A stretch of 64,000 nucleotides of DNA, taken from contig CM059432.1 in NCBI GenBank assembly GCA_030390025.1, forward strand, positions 121,832,001 to 121,896,000. Direction: 5' to 3'. The stretch is from Squalus acanthias. Its lineage: Eukaryota. Positions within the stretch are counted from its first letter, which is position 1; every line of letters starts with the position of its first letter. The translations under genes were made by a program, and so were the position numbers. Of this stretch, positions 24,607-38,112 are shown piece by piece. The notes beneath the pieces were generated by a model. That model made no database searches, was not told the origin of the DNA, and saw only the letters and a list, made by a program, of their open reading frames with translations.

Positions 24607-25485
24607 GGGGTAAAAATTCACTTGGTTGCGCCACCCGTTAGCGCCTTAAGAGGGCGCTAATGGGGCGCAAAGCCGCTAACGCCCGGGCGCAGCGATGTTT
24701 GCGCCGCTCGAGAACTTAACTTGAGATTGTGCGGCGGCGCTAAAACTTACCGCTGCGACCACCTGCGCGTGCAGATTGTGACGTCATTCCATGGGGCGCC
24801 CCGTAGCGGAAATTGAGTGGCGCCCCCTGCCTTACCGCCTGGCGCTTCCAACGACCAGAAGACTGGAACGCTATCAATCGCTGTGGGGCTGGGGGGGGCG
24901 CTATTTAAAGGGGGCCTCTTCCTGTCTTTTATTGTTGGTGGCATTTTTGAACTACGCATTCTGAGAGAGAGAGGGAGAGACTTCTGGAGAGATTCAACGT
25001 TGTGTGAAGGAGTTTTGGGTACTGAGCAGCACTTTGCAGGTTCATTTTGATTTGCCATTCCTTGTATCGATTTAGCAGAGACCGTGGGAGCTGCACTCTG
25101 AGCTCTTTGCCTGGTGCTCTCCATTGTTCTTTCCAGCACATTTGATGTGCAAGTCTCTCCAGGCCGAGATTCAAGGCAGCAATGAACAGGATGTGGATGG
25201 AAAGCAAGATTAACCATCCCCTTTAAGAACTGGCCCGTGCCATTGTGTGTGTGTTCCATTGCTGACTGACATTACATGAGCTTCGCCAGCGCTCCGAGTT
25301 AGCGCCTCACTGCTCGGCCTTTGCGCCTTAAGAGAGGTGTGCAGCGCCTGCTTTAGCGCTCCACTCACCTCCCATGGCGGTAAAAGTGAAGTTTCCCGTC
25401 AGTGCCGATAATTAGCGCCAGGCGCTAATATTTGCGTCCGGACGATATTTGCGCCCCAAATGGGGCGCGACCTAATTTCTACCCC
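24607..25485 (-). mobile_element. Harbinger/Tourist-type MITE, copy 1
   Basis: TIR ggggta(a/g)aaatt; TSD ATG; inverted relative to copies 2 and 3. Confidence 0.88.
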
Positions 25486-25544
25486 ATGGGATTTTTCTTC
25501 TTAGTGTCCCTTATCATTTCTCTATAAAGAGATATTTCTAATGT

Positions 25545-28500
25545 ACAGCCTAGGGTTATTTTGGGGATAGGGTGAAAACAGGTGCTAAGTGGGTGCTGTG
25601 CTAATAACACATGGCTGTTTGAAAGTTTGGTTTTAGCACACACTTTTGGGGCTAACTAATGATTACCATGATTTAAACGTGCCTGAAGGCACTAAAACGG
25701 ACACTTGCACATTTAGCACTCAAGCGCTGATTAGGAGCAATTTTCCTGGAGCATTATATGTAGCCTCCACCCGCGCTGCACCCTAACCCTTCTAGCTTTG
25801 TCATTGCAGGCTCCCAGGAGCAAGATCCACCTCACTCCCCAGAGGAAGAGGAGGAGGAGGAGAGTTAGGAAGATGGCACTGCGCTAATTGGTACCGTTGT
25901 CACAGGCACCGGTTCAGAGACCGGCACCACACGTAACTTAGAGGCTAGCGTAGAACACGGATCCTGACATTGGGACGCAGCGGGCACTAGTGGGCAGCAG
26001 CAGGGGGGGAGGGGGGGGGGGTGCAGGGTCGCATACGAGTTCTGCTATAGAGGAGTCAGATGATGATCTTGCAGGGCCAAGCTTCAGAAGAAGGCTGATG
26101 GGTTTAACAAACCAAATGCTTGGCGCAATGGACAGCCTGCCTGAAAGCTTATAGGTCGTGGCTGGGGGATGGAGGAGTCCGACTCCACCTTAGTCCGTGG
26201 TTTGATACAGAGCCTGGAACCCATCCTCTGCAGCATGGAAAGGCTGGCCAGTTCCATTCAGAGACCTGTGGAGCCCGACATCATGCAGCTTCTGATGACT
26301 GAGGTCAGAGATTTCACTGCAGTCATTGCCGTGTCTATGGAACTCCAAACAGCTTGCATGGAGCAACAAAGTGCTGCACTGGAAGCCCAAACAGCTTCCA
26401 TTGCGCTACTTGCATCTTCCATGGAACGGCAAAGTGCTGCAATGGAAGCTCAGGCAGCTGCCATGGTGGCTCTGGGCTCCTCGGTTGAAAGGGATTTGCA
26501 GAGTATCTCAGCCCCCCAAAGATCTGTCCTCCAGCAGATCACTGGGCTGGCTGAACAGACGCTCACAGGTAGTGGCGTGGGAATCATGGAGCAGGAACCT
26601 ACTGGCCTTTCTCCGGATGGCAGCATTCCTGCTTCCTCCCCCGCCACTCCACTATTGCCCTTGCACTTGCCTGTCAACCAGGCGGCTCAGACTGCTCAAG
26701 CCCATGTTGAGATTTTTTTTTATTCGTTCATGGAATGCAGGCGTCACTGGCAAGGCCAGCATTTATTGCCCATCCCTAATTGCCCTCGAGAAGGTGGTGG
26801 TGAGCCGCCGCCTTGAACCGCTGCAGTCGTGTGGTGAAGGTACTCCCACAGTGCTGTTGGGGAGGGAGTTCCAGGATTTTGACCCAGCGACGATGAATGA
26901 ACGGCGATATATCTCCAAGTAAGGATGGAGTGTGACTTGGAAGGGAACTTGGAGGTGATGGTGTTCCCATGCGCCTGCTGCCCTTGTCCTTCTAGGTGGT
27001 AGAAGTCGTGGGTTTGGGAGGTGTTGCCAAAGAAGCCTTGGTGAGTTGCTGCAGTGCATCTTGTAGATGGTACACACTGCAGCCACGGTACGCCGGTGGT
27101 GGAGAGAGTGAATGTTTAAGGTGGTGGATGGGGTGCCAATCAAGTAGGCTGCTTTGTCCTAGATGGTGTCGAGCTTCTTGAGTGTTGTTGCAGCTGCACT
27201 CATCCAGGCGAGTGGAGAGTATTCCATCACACTCCTTACTTGTGCCTTGTAGATGGTGGAAAGGCTTTGGGGAGTCAGGAGATGAGACACTCGCCGCAGA
27301 ATACCCAGCCTCTGACCTGCTCTTGTAGCCACAGTATTTATGTGGCTGGTCCAGTTAAGTTTCTGGTCAATGGTGATCACCTGGATGTTGATGGTGGGGG
27401 ATTCGACGATGGTAATGCCGTCGGTGCAGTCTGAGGTGGGGCCATCATGGCCCACAGCCTCCCGATGGCATCCCAGGAGGCCATCTGAACTGCCCTCTTC
27501 AGAATGTCAGCAGCCATCCACATCGCCTGCTGCTGCTACTCAGGTTGCACTTTGCAGAAGCACCAGAGTAGGCAAGAACACTTATAGATAGCAACTAAGG
27601 GTAAGCACCAGGGTGAATAGTTTCATATTTGTAAGTGCTGTTAGTGATGTCATGTTTTCATTGTTTGTTTTTGCTGTACATAAGGAGTGATGATGGTAAT
27701 TGGTAGTGGTGGAACTGGTGCTCTTTTTTATTGTGATCTTTATGGGGAAGGGGTTGAAAGGATTGAGTGCGGATGGTGGACTTTCTGATGGATCCTCAGC
27801 CATGGAAGGTAAGGCATGTGGCAACAGTGCGCTGAAGTCTGATGATGGAGGACGTGTCTGAAAAGTGGTTTTCAATTAGATGGCGGTGAGCATCCCTCCC
27901 AGGTGCGGGCTGTCTAGCTGGAACCCTCTGGTGCTCCCCCTAGTACCCCTCCTCTTCCTCCTCCTCCTGAACCTCCTCCTCCTCCTCTTGTGGCTCCTGA
28001 GCTTGACCCTCTAGCGTAATTGCTGGTGGTAACGGCTGGTCTCTCATGATCACCAGATTGTGGAGCGTGCAGCAAGTCAGAACAAATCTGGAGCTCTCCT
28101 CGCCCTCCTGTCCCTCCTGTCCTCTCTCCTGCAGCAGCTGGTGCTGCTCTGCCTGGCCTCATCTCCTCCTCTCATTCCTCCTGCAGCCCAAGGGGGACCC
28201 CTAGCAAGATCCCCATGACCAAGCTCTCCCTTTCTCATGGTGATTCCTATAAGGTCACTAGTAAGGTAGAGTAGCACCGCACTCACTCTCTTTAGGTGAT
28301 GTCCTCACAGAATTTGTGGGGGAAATGTTAATAGAGTGTTGGTGAAGCCTTGACAAAGTGTCCCAGAAAGTCTCCTGATGTGTCTCAAAAGTCCTCTTCA
28401 AATGCAGTGTAGTCAGTCGATCTCCAGCAGCAAGTGAACAGTGAAAGCTTTAAGTAGCGCTCAAAATCCTCAGCAACGACTTCTTTATTCCTATTCAGCT

Positions 28501-28770
28501 GGTCGCCGTTAGGAGAGGTCGTTAATTGCAGCGCTAGGCAGCAAAATGGCGCGCAGTCTCTTTAATGAGTACTAACAGGCAATTTAATTTCAATCAGAGC
28601 TTTAACGATCATCGGGGTGGCTGTTCCTAGCGCGCGCTTAAACTCCTTTAACCAAGATGACATCTTGCGCTAAAGGCGGGCTAAACCGGCGCTGCAGCTC
28701 AAGATCCCATCTTGGCCACCCTCGAGGCTCTTTTGTGCCTAAAGTATCTGGGGATAGCCGACCCCCACTT
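25545..28770. mobile_element. second-family Harbinger derivative (Myb C-terminal exon on +, deleted transposase on -)
   Basis: Coiled-coil ORF 26169; C-terminus STSPAAATQVALCRSTR matches STSAEATGVALCRSTH; minus strand FVLTCCTLHNLVIMR plus acidic tail; ends approximate. Confidence 0.7.
26712..27420 (-). mobile_element. 3' part of the same LINE family as 4771-6915
   Basis: YKAQVRSVMEYSPLAWM; SLHHRRTVAAVC; shared 3' tail. Confidence 0.88.
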
Positions 28771-30239
28771 TATCTTGCAATGTAAGAAAACCCATCATAA
28801 CAATATGCTTCAATATTATACTTGCAACCTAATCATTATTATTTCAAAAATTCAGTAGAACTCTTTTCATTTAGTTCAACAATGAGGATTATTATAGAAT
28901 TAAATGAGAGAGGAAAGGGGAAGGAATAGCAAATGCCGACAGCTTGTAAAAGAAAGCTTTGTTCAGGGGAAAAAAACAAGCCTTGGGCTAGAAGGAAACT
29001 AGTTTCTATGAATCTAATTTGAAAACACATTGGTTATGCTAAAGAATTATACTTTCTTTAAGACTGCAGTAAAATGTCACAGTCTGTGTCATTCTGTAAC
29101 CATGGCAATGTTGCCTTGCGTGACTAAAGCAATGAGACAGGTGCATTACCATTGAGGAAACACGGGCTGCGAAGAGTTTTGAAAGCTGCGGCCTTTCTTT
29201 GAAGTTCATTTGTACAGTGAGCAGTGAACTGACTTCTTAGGCATCACTGTTCTCATGCCCAACCCCAAGAGGGCAACTCCACACAACTAGCAGCTCCCAC
29301 AATTGACATGTTTTCATATTTGACAATCTCACTGGCTTACCAGGTGTGAGATCTTCTCAGATAAAAGACTATAGTATAAACCTCCTAAATATATTTTTTC
29401 AAGAAGTGGCATGAACTGTAGCATTGAAATGGGTTATTTTTTTGCACCGTAAGAAAAGGGACATACAGTGCAGTCTCACTTGAGTTTAAAAATGCTCTCT
29501 CTTACAAATAAACAAATAAGCACGTTTAAATGGGTTTGAGATCTGTCTCTGTCTTTTTGATCATAAAATTCACTCCAAACAATTCTATAGTGCCGATGAT
29601 TCTAAGAGCCACATGTGAACATGTGAAAAGGCAAGGCTTAGCAGGGCAGCTTTTATAACTTCAGGCAGGCCATTGTGTTCAGCTCAGCACTTCACTGAAA
29701 ACCAATTGTTCTCCAAGTTTTCTCTATTCTCAGTTTTCGTTTTTTTCAGCATAGAACGCAGTCAACTCCTGTTGTAAATTTTCAGTTGGAGTTAAAAACT
29801 GTAATGAAAGAGTGTGAGCATTTATAGATGTTCCTTTCAGTCACAGTCATGTGATAACCCAGGGAATCCACAGCATTTTCCTGAAGGGGCCTCATTTCAT
29901 ATGCAGGGTGGTACTGGGAAGGGAGGGAAATGTGGTTCAGCTGCAGTATTTCAAAGATTGCAGCTGATTAAAGAGCCAGAGCCATTTTCACTGCAGGAAG
30001 AGAAAGAGCAGAAACTGGTTTGCAATGGCAGCAGGAACAGCATCGGGGGTACTGGTAAAGCCAAAGACAGCTGATGGTAAGAGATCCATTAGTAGCACCC
30101 TAATAAAGTGGAGGAAAAGCTTTTCAGTCACTCTTCTAAGGGTAGTTACCAACTAAGGGTAGTTACCAACATATAACACAAGGTATGGGGTTGGTGAACT
30201 CCTAAACCACGGTGCAGTGAGGTGGAGGATTTGTGCAGC

Positions 30240-31075
30240 CGGTCATGTTAGAGAGTTAACAATCTGTTCAAGCTTAAGAAAGAGAATGAGCAGTGGCCTG
30301 TCCAATACCTTGCCTATCTTTGTCAGGTCATTGAACTTTTTCCTACATTGGTCTGCAGTTTCTTTTTTTTGGGGGGGGGGGGAAAGAGAGAGGTAACACT
30401 CAGTGCCACTGCCACCTCTCTGCACATGACTGTCAACACAGCTTGTTGAGGTTTCCTCGCATGGAAACCCAGCAGTCTCTCTCCTCTACTATGTTTCCAG
30501 CCAACCCGATCCTGTCAGTTTCCCACTGAGCAGGTTAGGTTAACATCATCCCCAATGGTGTCACAACAATCTGTGTCCTGATTTGCTGGTTTTACACTGG
30601 TCGCTGGTCATGTGACTGCTGCCCACATGCAAGAGCGTTTTGAATGCTATGAGGTTTGAGTTAATAAGAATTTAAAGGTGGGGGAAATGTGCATTTATTG
30701 AGACTAATTCATTGCTTTTTCTGCTGTTCTAGCCATCAAAGGAATCGTGTCTCCTATACGTTTTGGCAGCAGTAAGGCACATTGCATGATGGAAGTCCCC
30801 TTGCAAATCCCTCTGTATTTGTGCTATCTGGAAGAGGAGGAGGAGGAGAAGAAGGACGAGGATGAGCAGGAAGCTCTTTTGAATATAACAGCAGTAAGGT
30901 AGCACCAGAGGTGGATAGCACCAACTCGGACGTACCCAGCTGTGATTTTTGGGACTCTGTGATGGACATTGCTGGACCTTAGTGAAGGGAAGGCTCTAGT
31001 TAGAGTAGTGAGATTATCAAGGAGTTCTGTCTCCTGCTGGGTGAGGACCTTAAATTGCCGGTCCTCAGCCAGACA
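30240..31075. mobile_element. old Harbinger remnant (Myb exon on -, transposase N-terminus on +)
   Basis: QCRKKFNDLTKIGK|V on -; acidic N-terminus, LLDLSE and EFCLLLGEDL on +. Confidence 0.5.
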
Positions 31076-31704
31076 GCCCCTGCTTCCAGTGCTATGATGC
31101 AAGCCTCTCAAAATGCGGCTGTGGGTAGCCTTATGGGAGCAGAGACACAGCAATATACCCAGGAACATCTTCTATTCAGAGACAGCAGCATTGCCTCTCA
31201 GGCCTGCAGCTGCCTCTGGCCTATGCGATTGGTTCCATCAGGCTACCTATGGAGATCAGCAGCCAGAAAGTCTTGAATCAATCTGACGATCTTAGGGGAC
31301 AGCAAAATACTAAAATGAAGGCCTACTTTGATATCTTCAACATGCCCCTGGCAACCCTTCGACCCTCTGGTCGGAAAAGGTCTGGGGCCAAGTGACAGCA
31401 AGTGGAATGAGCCGAGGAAGAGGTAGAATGCCCACACCTGTCTCAGGCACTGCTCCCACAGTAAAGCTCTGGGAATTTTGGGGCAGCCTTAAAGGAATGG
31501 AGACATAGCGATACAGCTCTCAGCCTCCTTTCTTTCCTGATCCTTCCACCTCGGAAATGCACGGTTCATGGATGCAAGGACCAGGAGATTCATCCCTTCA
31601 AAGGGAGCAGGCAATGCATACACTAACAGAGAGAGGCATGCACTGGCATACGTGGGAGTGCGACACATGTAGCTGAAGCCTGGGGCTCACCTGATTCTTG
31701 TACA

Positions 31705-32240
31705 GCCACCCGCTCACCCGTCCTCCGCCCGCTCACCCGTCCTCCCCCCCCTCACCCGTCCTCCGCCCTGCTCACCCGTCCTCCGCCCGCTCACCCATCC
31801 TCCCCCCTCACCCGTCCTCCGCCTGCTCACCCGTCCTCCGCCCCCTCACCCGTCCTCCCCCCTCACCCGTCCTCCCCCCTCACCCATCCTCTGCCCGCTC
31901 ACCCATCCTCCTCCCCCCTCACCCGTCCTCCGCCCCGCTCACCCATCCTCCGCCTGCTCACCCGTCCTCCGCCCCACTCACCCATCCTCCGCCCCCTCAC
32001 CCATCCTCCTCCCCCCTCACCCGTCCTCCGCCCCACTCTCCCGTCCTCCGCCCCACTCACCCGTCCTCCGCCCCACTCACCCGTCCTCCGCTCGCTTACC
32101 CGTCTTCCGCCTGCTCACCCGTCCTCCGCCCGCTCACCCGTCCTCCGCCCCCTCACCCGTCCTCCGCCCCGCTCACCCGTCCTCCGCCCCCTCACCCGTC
32201 CTCCGCCCCCTCACCCATCCTCCGCCCGCTCACCCATCCT
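31705..32240 (+). repeat. C-rich minisatellite (~17-21 bp unit ctcacccgtcctccgccc)
   Basis: Visible tandem array. Confidence 0.95.
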
Positions 32241-32400
32241 CTGGTCCGCTCAAGCTATCGGAAACAGTCACAATCATTTTTTTGTTCTGTCCTCCTTTTT
32301 GAACCCATGTGACATGAACCCATCTTGTAAATTTTGCATTTACAGATTCGATGGGCAGAATTGGGAATTGTTGGTCCAAGCCAGTGCTTCTTTTGCCCTG

Positions 32401-32622
32401 ATACAAAAGCAAAATACTGCAGATGCTGGAAATCTGGCATAAAAACAGATAATGCTGTAAATACTCAGCAGGTCAGGCAGCATCTGTGGAGAGAGAACAA
32501 GAGTTAACATTTCCGGTTGATGATCTGTTCTGACGAAAGGTCATCAACCTGAAACGTTAACTCTGTTTCTCTCTCCAACAGATGCTGCCTGACCTGCTGA
32601 GTATTTCCAGCATTATCTGTTT
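32401..32622 (+). mobile_element. fold-back Penelope-like mini element
   Basis: Almost a pure inverted repeat; 13-bp TSD ttcttttgccctg (32388-32400 / 32623-32635). Confidence 0.85.
32526..32562 (+). ncRNA. minimal hammerhead ribozyme motif
   Basis: gtt-CTGACGA-a-aggt(catca)acct-GAAACGTT-aac. Confidence 0.65.
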
Positions 32623-35600
32623 TTCTTTTGCCCTGGCTGACCAACTGGGCCCATTCTTCAAAGGAATATTTCCTGATTCTCAAATAGCAGCAGGATATGC
32701 TTGAGAGAGAACTATAACTACTTGCATTGTTAATGGGGCACTGAAAAACCATCACAGATCAAAATTAGTTGAGGAAATGAAAGTGAAATTTTATGCACTT
32801 GCAATTGATGGGTCCAGTGATACAGGACTACAGAAGATGAAGCCATTAACTGTGCAAAGTTTCATTTCTGGTGGAGTGTCAATCAGCTTTTGGACAAGTG
32901 CATGACTAGAGAATCAACAGTGGATGTCATATTGAGCAAAATGGATGAGATCCATGCACCAGAACAGCATTTTCTGGGGTAACTGTGCCAGTGTTGGAGT
33001 GGACAATGCCTCAGTAAACCGTGGTAAGGGGAACTCAGTCATGACCCTGAGTAACAGAAAAAAAAACAGCAGTCTTCCTTATTAGTAGTCCATGTCATAT
33101 AATTCACAATCTCGCAAGCAAAGCTGACGATGCATCGGCTAGGGCAAATGTCTTTGACCTTGAAGAACTTTGTGTTGACGTATACTACTGATTCAACAAG
33201 TCAACAGAGCAAGCAGAGTTTGGAGGAATTTTGTGCCATTTGTGACACAAAATATGTGCAGAGGATCCAACATGCATCCACTGGATGGCTCAGTCTGGAC
33301 AATACAGTAACCAGAATATTGGAGAAATATGATCACTTCAAAAGCTACTAACAGGAATGCAATATTCAAACGCCTTATTCAACAGTTCGAGAATCCCATG
33401 AGTGAAGGGTACTTCACGTTCTATTAGGCAGCTTTACAACAGTTTATCAATGTGAACAAGTTCACGCAGCTGGAAAACCATTAATCTCGACTGTGCATGA
33501 TCTCCTGAGAAAACTTGCTGACATTTCCTAGTTGGCAAGACAGTGAAACAGGTAAAAGCAGAACTGGTGGACCACAAGGCTGACACGGCCAAGAAAACTG
33601 ATGAGCAATTGGATATTGGCTTCACAAGCAAAAACTGTCCTCGGGAAACTGGTTATGACCTGAACAAACTCACAAGGTTCTATAAAGATGTCTGATCTTT
33701 CTATGTGGAAGCACTCCACTATGCTAGAAGTCATCCACCTCTGAATGATTCAGTCCTCAAGAATGTCAGGTTTCTAAACTTCGCACAGAGAGAGTCAGCT
33801 GAGTGTCCCAAGTGGCGCACTTTATTGGAAGGTATACCTCTCCACTACCTTTCAGCAGTGATCCATCAAAAGTGAAAAATCTGAAGGATGAGTTCATCTC
33901 CTGCCAATAGCTGGAAGAATGTGATGCATCCGCTGGTGTTTGAGAAAAGGCTGCAACAACCCTTGATGACTCTTCCCAATCAGGAAAAGCAAACCTTCAC
34001 TCAATGGACATTGTACAGGAATACCTTGGTTCCAGGAGTAATGCGGATGGCAGCTGTCTGTTGTCCCTCTTCAGTCATTTGCGCAACTAGTATTAACTAC
34101 GCTGCATTTCGATCCTGCTGAAGAGCGGCTCTTCGCCATGATTAGGAAAAACAAAACCCCTTCAGAAACACTGGAGGGTATAGTTACTACGAAAATGGCC
34201 CTACCAAAGATATCTCTGCATATAAGTTTGAACCCTCAAAGGACCTTCTTGTAGCTGCAAGAAAAGCAACAAGGGAGTACAGCCAAGCACACAAGAGTGA
34301 CAGCAAGTGAACATGCAAGACTGGAAGCAGGTATGAGTTGTTACCCATATGGCCGCATGATAACTTCAGTGCAGAATTGTAGCCAAGCTTGTCCAAATAA
34401 ACAGCAGTATCTTATAAGAAGAGCTTCCAAAAACGCTTACGATCTGAGAGTGTCTCAGGGCTTCGTCCCCTGGTCCTCCACAGGGGCTCTGTCCCTGAAC
34501 AATGCTGGGGCCCTCGGACAGGCCCCAGACGCCAGCAAGTTTTGGAGGGACATTCTCAATGATTTCATACATGCAGGTTGACATCCCTGTAGTTATCTGG
34601 TCACCCTTATTCCTGGGAATACAATCAGTATTTGTCTGTCAGTATTTCCTCACTCCCAGCATACCAATCTGCAAAGGTCCATTTGACAACTGAGGCTCGA
34701 ATAAATAATAATAATAATAATAATGATTCCGGTTGTCTCGCTTCTTTATCACTCAGTGCTGTTTTGCTGTAATTTCTGCAGATTGCTCTAACTTTCTGCC
34801 CTTCTAATTTTTGGCTCTAATTCACCCTATTTCCTTCTCCGTCATTCCTCTGTTTCTTTCTCAATTCTTAAATCTCATTGGTTAAGGAGATAGACTGTTG
34901 GCTCCATCATGCACCGAGGTCCCAGATGCCCCATTGCCCTCGCTCGCATTTCCAGCTAGTTACGGCACAAAAAATATTCAATCAGAAGGGTGCAGGAAAA
35001 ATCTAACTAACAGCGCACACCGCAAGATGCTTCAGCAGGATTTGGCCCATTATTATGAAACAGTTTTAATTTTTATGAGTTTGTAAAAATTTCCTTTTTC
35101 CCATTCCCTCATCTGCACTGTTTGTAATAACCTCCTCTGGTAAAGAAATAAAGAAGTTATTTTCTCTCTTTTTCTCACATTATTTTCTCCCTTCTCTTCA
35201 TCTTCCTAAGGCACTTGGGCAGAATGTGCAGTTGAGAGTATGCCGTCATACCGCCTTTGAAATGGACAGCAAGTTCGGGATTTCCATGTGCTAACTGTTA
35301 ACTTGACAGATCATCCGCTCTAACTATGAAATCCTCATTGCTGCCGCAGAGTTGGGCTAATTGCCCACCAACTGCCCAGCAATTACACGTGAAAATGTTA
35401 TGGCTGGTGCAAACAGGCACATGAGCCTGTTTGCACAGCATAAGGGGAGGGGGGTGGGATATGCAGCAGCCTGATATAAAGATCCATCATGATAACAAAA
35501 TCTCTTCAAAATAAATCTATATCCATCTACCTATCTCCTGATCCCAACACAACTCTACCAAGAATGAGAGACTGATCTATTTATTAATTTACCTACCGGG

Positions 35601-37295
35601 GTGAATGAGACAAAAAATGTAATGAATGTGCATTGGAGATTTCTGTTTGCTGATTGGAGCACCGCCCCACCTGATCCCAGGTACGCTTACGCACACGGTG
35701 CGCCCCTGGGATCCGTGGGCCACTACGCTGCACTCAACTCTGCAGCATCTGACAGCAAGGTTATGTGTGGGGCCTCACACCAGGTAAGTGCGAATTCCTT
35801 TCGGAGGTCGGCGGTGTCCTCCATAACTGTGCCGCCGACCGCAATTTCTTGGCCATTGACTCCATAGTGCACTCTACTACCTTGTCTAAGGAGCTACTAT
35901 TCACCTCTGAGCTTTGACAGAGTGCTGGCAAATGATTGGACCAACCGAGCTTGATTCTGCCCTCATCTGCTATCCAACCACTCATATTTTCAGCAGGGGT
36001 TCTTGGATAGTGACCGAGAGTAGGAAGCCTGGCTGATTCCTCCCCCCACCTCCAAGCTGGTTCAGCTATTCATCAGATAAATGCTCCATTTTCTATTGTT
36101 ACATTGAGCATTAACTAATAGCAGTGAGAATCACAGTGGGCAAATGTTGCTTGGCGCTGTCATGGAGAAGCTCAACAATAAATGCTGAAGTGCTTATTTA
36201 CTTTCCCTGATGCTGCTGTTTGCTTTCTGCTATTACCGTTCACTAATTGCCTTGCTCTCCAGCTAATGATCTCTGTGTATTTTCATGGCTCTGTTTGTCA
36301 ATTCATTTTTAGTTTGCTTCTGTTCCTTTTGAAAAAAAAACTCAACCTCTTTTATTTTAACTAAATTTATATCACGCTTAATTGAATGTATCACTTCATG
36401 CCATTTGTACCTGTTTGCTCCTCGCCTCCCACACATATACGCATTTATTTAATTAACAGATACTTGCAAACTGCCAGGTTTCCCGCAACACTTTCCAAGT
36501 GCTTCCTTCACCCTTTCATCCTTCAAGGTAGAGATGAACAAATTAGCAGGACCTAGGCTACAAAAACACTTATTAGACCTTTTATTTATATAGGAAACAG
36601 AAATATATAAGCCAATGTATTTTTACTTTTGGCCAAAAAAATGTTACATTCAATACATAATAACAATGAAGGACAATCCAATATATCATGGAATAATAGT
36701 GGTCTAGCCAGTTTCTTTAAATTATTTACAAGTTCGTTTGCATGCTGTCTGGAGATCTGAGCAAGATTCCCAACTGTAGTCATCTAGACTTTTCTACGGC
36801 AACTGTGGAGCAGTACATGTTTAAATCTTAGTTCTGTTGCCTTCATGTGCATGTATTTTTTTCAAAACTTTTTACTTTATAATGAAGGCTGCCGGGCAAA
36901 TAACTCGATGCTGTTTAAAAAGATTTAAAAACATTTTAAAATGTCTAATGCTGGTAAGATTAAATATTGCACTTTGCGCATAATAATAGAAACAGTAACA
37001 AAAGTTATTCTTTTGCATCTTGAAATAAGCTTGTCAAACTGAGAAATAATTAACCGAAGCCTGAATTGTTTGGATATTTTGGAGACAATGAAAACCAGCT
37101 GCTTTGTGATATCAGGTTGTCAAAGTGATGACTGTGGCAATATGAGGCAGGATCACCCAGGTTGAGGGCTGAATGGATTTGTGTCCTGTTTCCAGGGAAG
37201 ATCTGTCTATTTTGATGTCCCAAAAAGCCAAAAGAAAGATCAGACATTTGGTCAGAATCCATCTGTAACAATTATAGATAACCACCAGAGAAAAA

Positions 37296-38112
37296 TGGGG
37301 GTCGATTTTACCCCCTCCCCCCTCCCCCAACTCGGCAGATACCTGTTAAAATGGAGTGGGGAATTTACCCAGCCTGTTGCCGCCCTGATCTGGCAACTGC
37401 AATTTTAAACTGCAGGGACAAGGACATTCACCTGAAGCATACGGTAGTGCAGTGCAGTGATTATGTTACTGGAATAGTAATCCAGAGGTTTGGACTTAAT
37501 AATCCAGTAGAACGTGTGTTCAAATCTCACCATGGCAGTTTGAGAATTTGAATTTAGTTTTTGAAAATATTGGTAGCATTAAAAGTGTCCATGAAGCTGT
37601 CTGATTGTCATAAAAAGCCAACTGGTTCTTTTAGGGAAGGAAACCTGCAGTCCTCACCCGGTCTGGCCTATTTTTGACTCCCACACCAATGTGGTTCACT
37701 TTGAGCTATGCTCTGACGTGGCCTAGCAAGGACAGACAGTTGAAGAAGGCACACCACCATCTTCTCAGGGCAATCAAAAGCCAGCCTTGCCAGCGATGCC
37801 CACATCACGGGAATAATTTTTTTTAAAAGACGTCATCGGGGCCCAACTGCTATTTTTACCTGAGGAATGAGCAGGGGAGAAGTGATGTTTTCCCCACCAA
37901 ATGATTCCCCTCCCCGAGCCATCTGATGCACTTAACTTGTGCTGGGGACCGGCCTCCCTTCCCCGGGTCTGAGGCAGTGGCCACCGAGCGGCCCGATTCT
38001 AACAGCTGGGCAGCCGTGTGACGACTTCTTGGCCGCTTTGCTTGGGAAGTCGGAAAGCGGCGTGCAAATGAGTGGGCCGGCCACTCGCTAGGCCGAGTAA
38101 AAATCACCTCCA
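37296..38112. mobile_element. GC-rich MITE-like element with a nested SINE
   Basis: Ends gggggtcgattttac / gtaaaaatcacctcc. Confidence 0.5.
37437..37825 (+). mobile_element. tRNA-headed SINE (LINE head + tail)
   Basis: Homologous to 4771-5085 joined to about 6810-6915. Confidence 0.75.

Larger units (their letters stand above)
32340..34310 (+). pseudogene. decayed hAT transposase (ZNF862-like)
   Basis: ALAIDGSSDTG; DNASVN.GKGNSV; CHIIHN; TGWLSL...RILE; ERLFAMIRKNKT; many disruptions. Confidence 0.7.

Noticed and set aside
31698..32312. 204-aa Pro/His-rich ORF
   Set aside because: Translation of the minisatellite.
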